Positions 60,560 to 64,000 of a DNA stretch of 64,000 nucleotides are shown here, piece after piece; positions within the stretch are counted from its first letter, which is position 1; the number at the start of each line of letters is the position of its first letter. A program made the position numbers and the translations under genes. Source of the DNA: Planctomycetota bacterium (GTDB taxonomy: Bacteria; Planctomycetota; Planctomycetia; JALXBF01); NCBI GenBank assembly GCA_026991575.1, contig JALXBF010000118.1:1-64000 (forward strand), read 5' to 3'. Below the pieces are notes generated by a model, which was given only the letters and a program-made list of their open reading frames with translations, did no database searches and was not told where the DNA came from.

Positions 60560-61702
60560 ATGCCATGGGTTGCCATCGTAGGTATGATCTTCAGCGTGTG
60601 GTGGACCGGCCAGCAGGGGCAGGCAGAGTTTCCCCCGCCAGAGCCTCAATGGCGGGTGGTCCCGGCGGCGAAGTATTTCGGTCTCCTGAGGGAAGCTCGC
60701 CAAACGCTCGCTAACGCGGTAGATCCCGCGGCATGCTGGATGTGGCGAGCCATGGGGACAGAGTTGCCGCGGGAGCCAGAGCGCGGCGTGCTGCCACTAC
60801 TGCGGGTGCTCCACATGAACGGGCGCGTGCGGGTGGACTTCTTTCCTCCAGGAACGCAAGCCACAAAGGATGGATCGTTGTTGCCGATAGTGAAGCAGCT
60901 AAGGTACTCGCTCGTTGTGGCCGGTGACCGCGTGACACGCATCGAGTATCTCCACGACACGGAACGTGTTTTGCCCGAGGATATGTCGGATAGGCCCGGC
61001 TATGCTGAGGGAATGCGCCGCTTCGTGGACAGTCTACTGATGGGACTGGAGTCGGCTTTCCGCCTCTATGAGCACCAATTGGATGAACTTGCTCAGCTGC
61101 CGGGCGCGAGGCTCTATGTCGATCAAGCGGAAAACCCCGTATACATCACGGTGTCGCTGACGCCGCCCGGCGGAGGAAGGGTTGCGTGGGGGCTCCGGCT
61201 AGATCCGTCGCGCGGATACGCCCTGTCTGAGGGCGTCGGCTGGGAGTCAGTTGATGGCGCACGAACGATTTTTAGATTCCGGGTCGCGCTTGAGCGACAT
61301 CACGATTCCTGGCGACCGGTGCAATTCACGGCGGAGGTCGCCCCGGCCGACAGCTTAAGGACTGGATTGGGTATACGGAGTCAGCCAGGTCCCTGGCGAT
61401 TATGGTGGACTGCCCAGTATGTGCCACTGGTAGCGGACGCCCGACTGTTCACGGCTGATGGCATTGCAGACGAGATTGGCTACACCGTTGTGGTGCCGCG
61501 TGGGGCAACCGATCTCGCACGGCGCGGTGGCGGGTTAAGCCGCCGACAGCTGACCACCTCGCCACATGGTTGGGACACTGGGAACCATCGGTGGGGCCTG
61601 CTCGCAGTGGCGGCGGTCGGGTGTTTGCTTGCGGCTGCTGTGGTTGTGGGCTTCTACTGGTACCGGCGCAATTCTGCTCACGGTCCTGATCGGAGCCATT
61701 GA
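60560..61702 (+). CDS. Exported protein with C-terminal TM anchor (partner-like class)
   Basis: RBS GAGGAGG; hydrophobic N-terminus; LRLDPSRGYAL; DARLFT; C-terminal TM plus YRR. Confidence 0.7.
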   Translation: MPWVAIVGMIFSVWWTGQQGQAEFPPPEPQWRVVPAAKYFGLLREARQTLANAVDPAACWMWRAMGTELPREPERGVLPLLRVLHMNGRVRVDFFPPGTQATKDGSLLPIVKQLRYSLVVAGDRVTRIEYLHDTERVLPEDMSDRPGYAEGMRRFVDSLLMGLESAFRLYEHQLDELAQLPGARLYVDQAENPVYITVSLTPPGGGRVAWGLRLDPSRGYALSEGVGWESVDGARTIFRFRVALERHHDSWRPVQFTAEVAPADSLRTGLGIRSQPGPWRLWWTAQYVPLVADARLFTADGIADEIGYTVVVPRGATDLARRGGGLSRRQLTTSPHGWDTGNHRWGLLAVAAVGCLLAAAVVVGFYWYRRNSAHGPDRSH

Positions 61703-63113
61703 GCAGGCTGCGGGCTTGTACGCGTACGGACGCTTCGCCCGTTGAGACGATGCCGACGGCCGCTTGGCATGCCACGCTCACTTGGGTTTTGTGCGCGGGC
61801 GGCACATGCCAGTGATCTTCTTGAGACTTACCCGCTCGTGGGTCGCCCGTTGGCAGGTGGGCACTCTCTGCGAGTCGGGCTGGTGGGGTGAATAGCAGAA
61901 ACCACCGGAAACCGGCGACACGTTGTTTCTTCAACGGTCCCCTGCCTGTGGCGGCGTGCTTCGCACCGGCACCCGGAATCGTCACGAGGGCTGCTCGGGC
62001 CCCGATCATCCGCGCAGCGGCCATCGCACGACAGGGTGCCTTACTTGAGCAGGACACCGATCTTCCTGTATGTCCTTAAGGCACGGTTCCGCTCAGCGAC
62101 AGTAGCTCTGCGCGTAGTCATACTGAGGTGCCTTAGCCCTGGCAGAGGATGCGAAAACGGATGCCATGTCCGGAAGACGCTGGTCGGGAGGTTTGGTTAG
62201 CGCTCATGCGGTGTACCATCGAGACAAGCTGCCATCCGATTTGCTGGCTGGTCAACTCGCATCCAGAAGCAATGCCTGCCTTGGCATCTGGCTCGGCACG
62301 GATGGGCCAGGCGCGTCAGGGGCTCGGAATGCAGCCCTGGTGACAGCGCCGGTAGCGCTCGACCCAGGGTACCTGGTCGTCATTACGACAGAAAGTGGGA
62401 TACGTGTGGGGCCTGAGATGGTCCTACCGGAAAACCGTTACAGCGTCGTGCCAGGGCTGGCGCGCGCCACGTGGCACACGACAATTGTAGCAGGAATGTT
62501 GCTTGCAGCATGCCAGCGGTTCCAGTTCACAACGACGGCGTTTGTGGTGCCAGGTACACTGGTTAGACCTACGTCGCTTGCCTATCGACGAAGCGCGGTC
62601 ACGCCGTCAATGTGGTACGCATCGTTCTTGTTGGCTCTCCTACGCATGAAGCCAGTCCATATGAGGGCAACTTCCCGTCGCATCCCGGATCGCCTACGCT
62701 GCATGAGCGTGGGCACGGCTGGCCAAGTGTCCGACCTGGGGGAGTTGCAGGCATAAGGAGCCTGTGCGTGGTGGCTCGTCGCATGCAGACTACTGCGTGG
62801 TCCCAACAGTTTGTGGAAGGGCGACATTCCGGGACGGGGACAGGCCCTCGTTGGGCACAGAGTGTGTGTCTGTGCTTTGCGTCATGCGGCGGTCTTCAAG
62901 ACTTCCAGTCCACGGCGGGTTAACCATGATGCTGGCCCGTAGTGAGGCGAGGCACCAACAGGGCGGTGTTCGCTGTGATTGGGCGTCGGCGCGCTTTCAG
63001 CTGGGCGCCGTCGCACGGATGCCGTCAACGATGCTTAGCCTATTCGTGCGTAGAGTTTCGGGAGGGTGGGGCATATCCGTGGCATGATTGGGCATTCTCC
63101 GAGAACTGCCCGT

Positions 63114-63893
63114 TCATGCGGCGGGCCGGTGCACGCGGCGGCGGCGGTGGCAGCGGATGGCCCAGGCCGCGGGAAGCAAGGCCCACAGCAGCACGCTCGA
63201 AGGCTCAGGATTCACGTAGAACTTCACGTCCGCGAAGTGGCCGCGACCGGTGTCCGGGCTCGAACCAGCTCCCCAGAACACGTACGTGCCGCTGTACGAG
63301 AAGCCTTTGTAACCGCTGTGCAGCAACGACCCGTTCACGTACAGGTCGGCCTCAGCCCGGACCGGATCGTAAATCAGTTCGTAAAGGTTGTACTGTCCGC
63401 CGAGTCCGGTTAACGTGTAGTCCACAGAAGGCCCGCTGGGGCCGCCATACAGGCGGACGATCGGATCACCGCCTGTTGTCGTGCCAAAATGTAGCTGCCA
63501 ACTCTTCGTTCCATCCCGGTACAGCACCATGGGAGATCCGCCCGCGGTACCCGAGCCCGATAGCACCCGTATGTACGCACTCAGCTTCCACCCGTAAACG
63601 TTCCCAAGAGCCACCAGCGTTGCCGAAACTGGTGCCGAGTAGCCGCCCAGATCGCCCAGGGCAGTCCCAGTGTCGTATACGTACCAGGCGTCGATTCCCG
63701 TGCCCAGATCGTTCACGACGGGCCCGGCGGTTACCGCTGCTGAGCCGAAATACACCTGAGTCCAGCCTTCGGTGAGCGGATCAGTTGCGCCGGAGTGCGC
63801 TGCGACCAGAATCGAACCACCGTAGACCTGAGGGGCAAGAAAAAGCGGTAGGAGGAACCAAGCACCGAAGAGCAACCGACGTCCGCGCATCAC
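63114..63893 (-). CDS. PEP-CTERM surface protein, Ser/Thr/Gly/Tyr-rich
   Basis: Signal peptide; C-terminal NPEPSSVLLWALL...RRRR. Confidence 0.85.
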   Translation of the reverse strand: MMRGRRLLFGAWFLLPLFLAPQVYGGSILVAAHSGATDPLTEGWTQVYFGSAAVTAGPVVNDLGTGIDAWYVYDTGTALGDLGGYSAPVSATLVALGNVYGWKLSAYIRVLSGSGTAGGSPMVLYRDGTKSWQLHFGTTTGGDPIVRLYGGPSGPSVDYTLTGLGGQYNLYELIYDPVRAEADLYVNGSLLHSGYKGFSYSGTYVFWGAGSSPDTGRGHFADVKFYVNPEPSSVLLWALLPAAWAIRCHRRRRVHRPAA

Positions 63894-64000
63894 ACCGACT
63901 CTCCGTCGGCGTCGGGCAGCGGTCCCATCTGCGACATTATCCTATCGACAAGGCGGCTGCCCCGGCAAGCCGAAACGCACCCGGGGTGTGTTCCAGCCTT

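Overview
GC-rich bacterial DNA whose gene content (BON and other lineage-typical lipoproteins, Ser/Thr kinase, ECF sigma, sulfatase, Tat Gfo/Idh/MocA, CRTAC1/ASPIC-UnbV, PEP-CTERM) points to a planctomycete; this is an inference. 1-16.7 kb is core-like (apgM, pyrF, argG, an EhpF-like adenylation/ALDH-reductase pair, an ECF/anti-sigma/PDZ triad). 26.7-47.7 kb holds SNF2+SWIM, carbohydrate-active genes and tRNA-Leu(CAA). Two accessory tracts (17-26.3 kb and 48-64 kb) carry the most interesting signal, a recurring module for exported Cys-rich mini-proteins. Locus A has a 10-Cys precursor with a double-glycine-like ELERVTGS motif, an exported C39 peptidase-DUF1573 fusion, a membrane-anchored partner and a GT-C (ArnT/PMT-like) glycosyltransferase. 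It sits behind a TTGACA-(GAA)6-GATAAT promoter that is one repeat unit longer than optimal. Locus B has a MauE/thioredoxin-like gene frameshifted in a G8 tract, a 10-Cys precursor, a partner, a GT-C and a DUF1573-like gene. That gene has an in-frame TGA aligning exactly with a Cys of the locus A paralog, followed by a SECIS-like hairpin (candidate selenoprotein). A third, decayed precursor/partner pair is missed by the ORF track. A ~290-bp multi-hairpin element with strand-specific G-U pairing recurs at or within the accessory tracts, next to IS remnants and an Rhs toxin/immunity relic. All product calls come from motif recognition by eye; no database searches were run.
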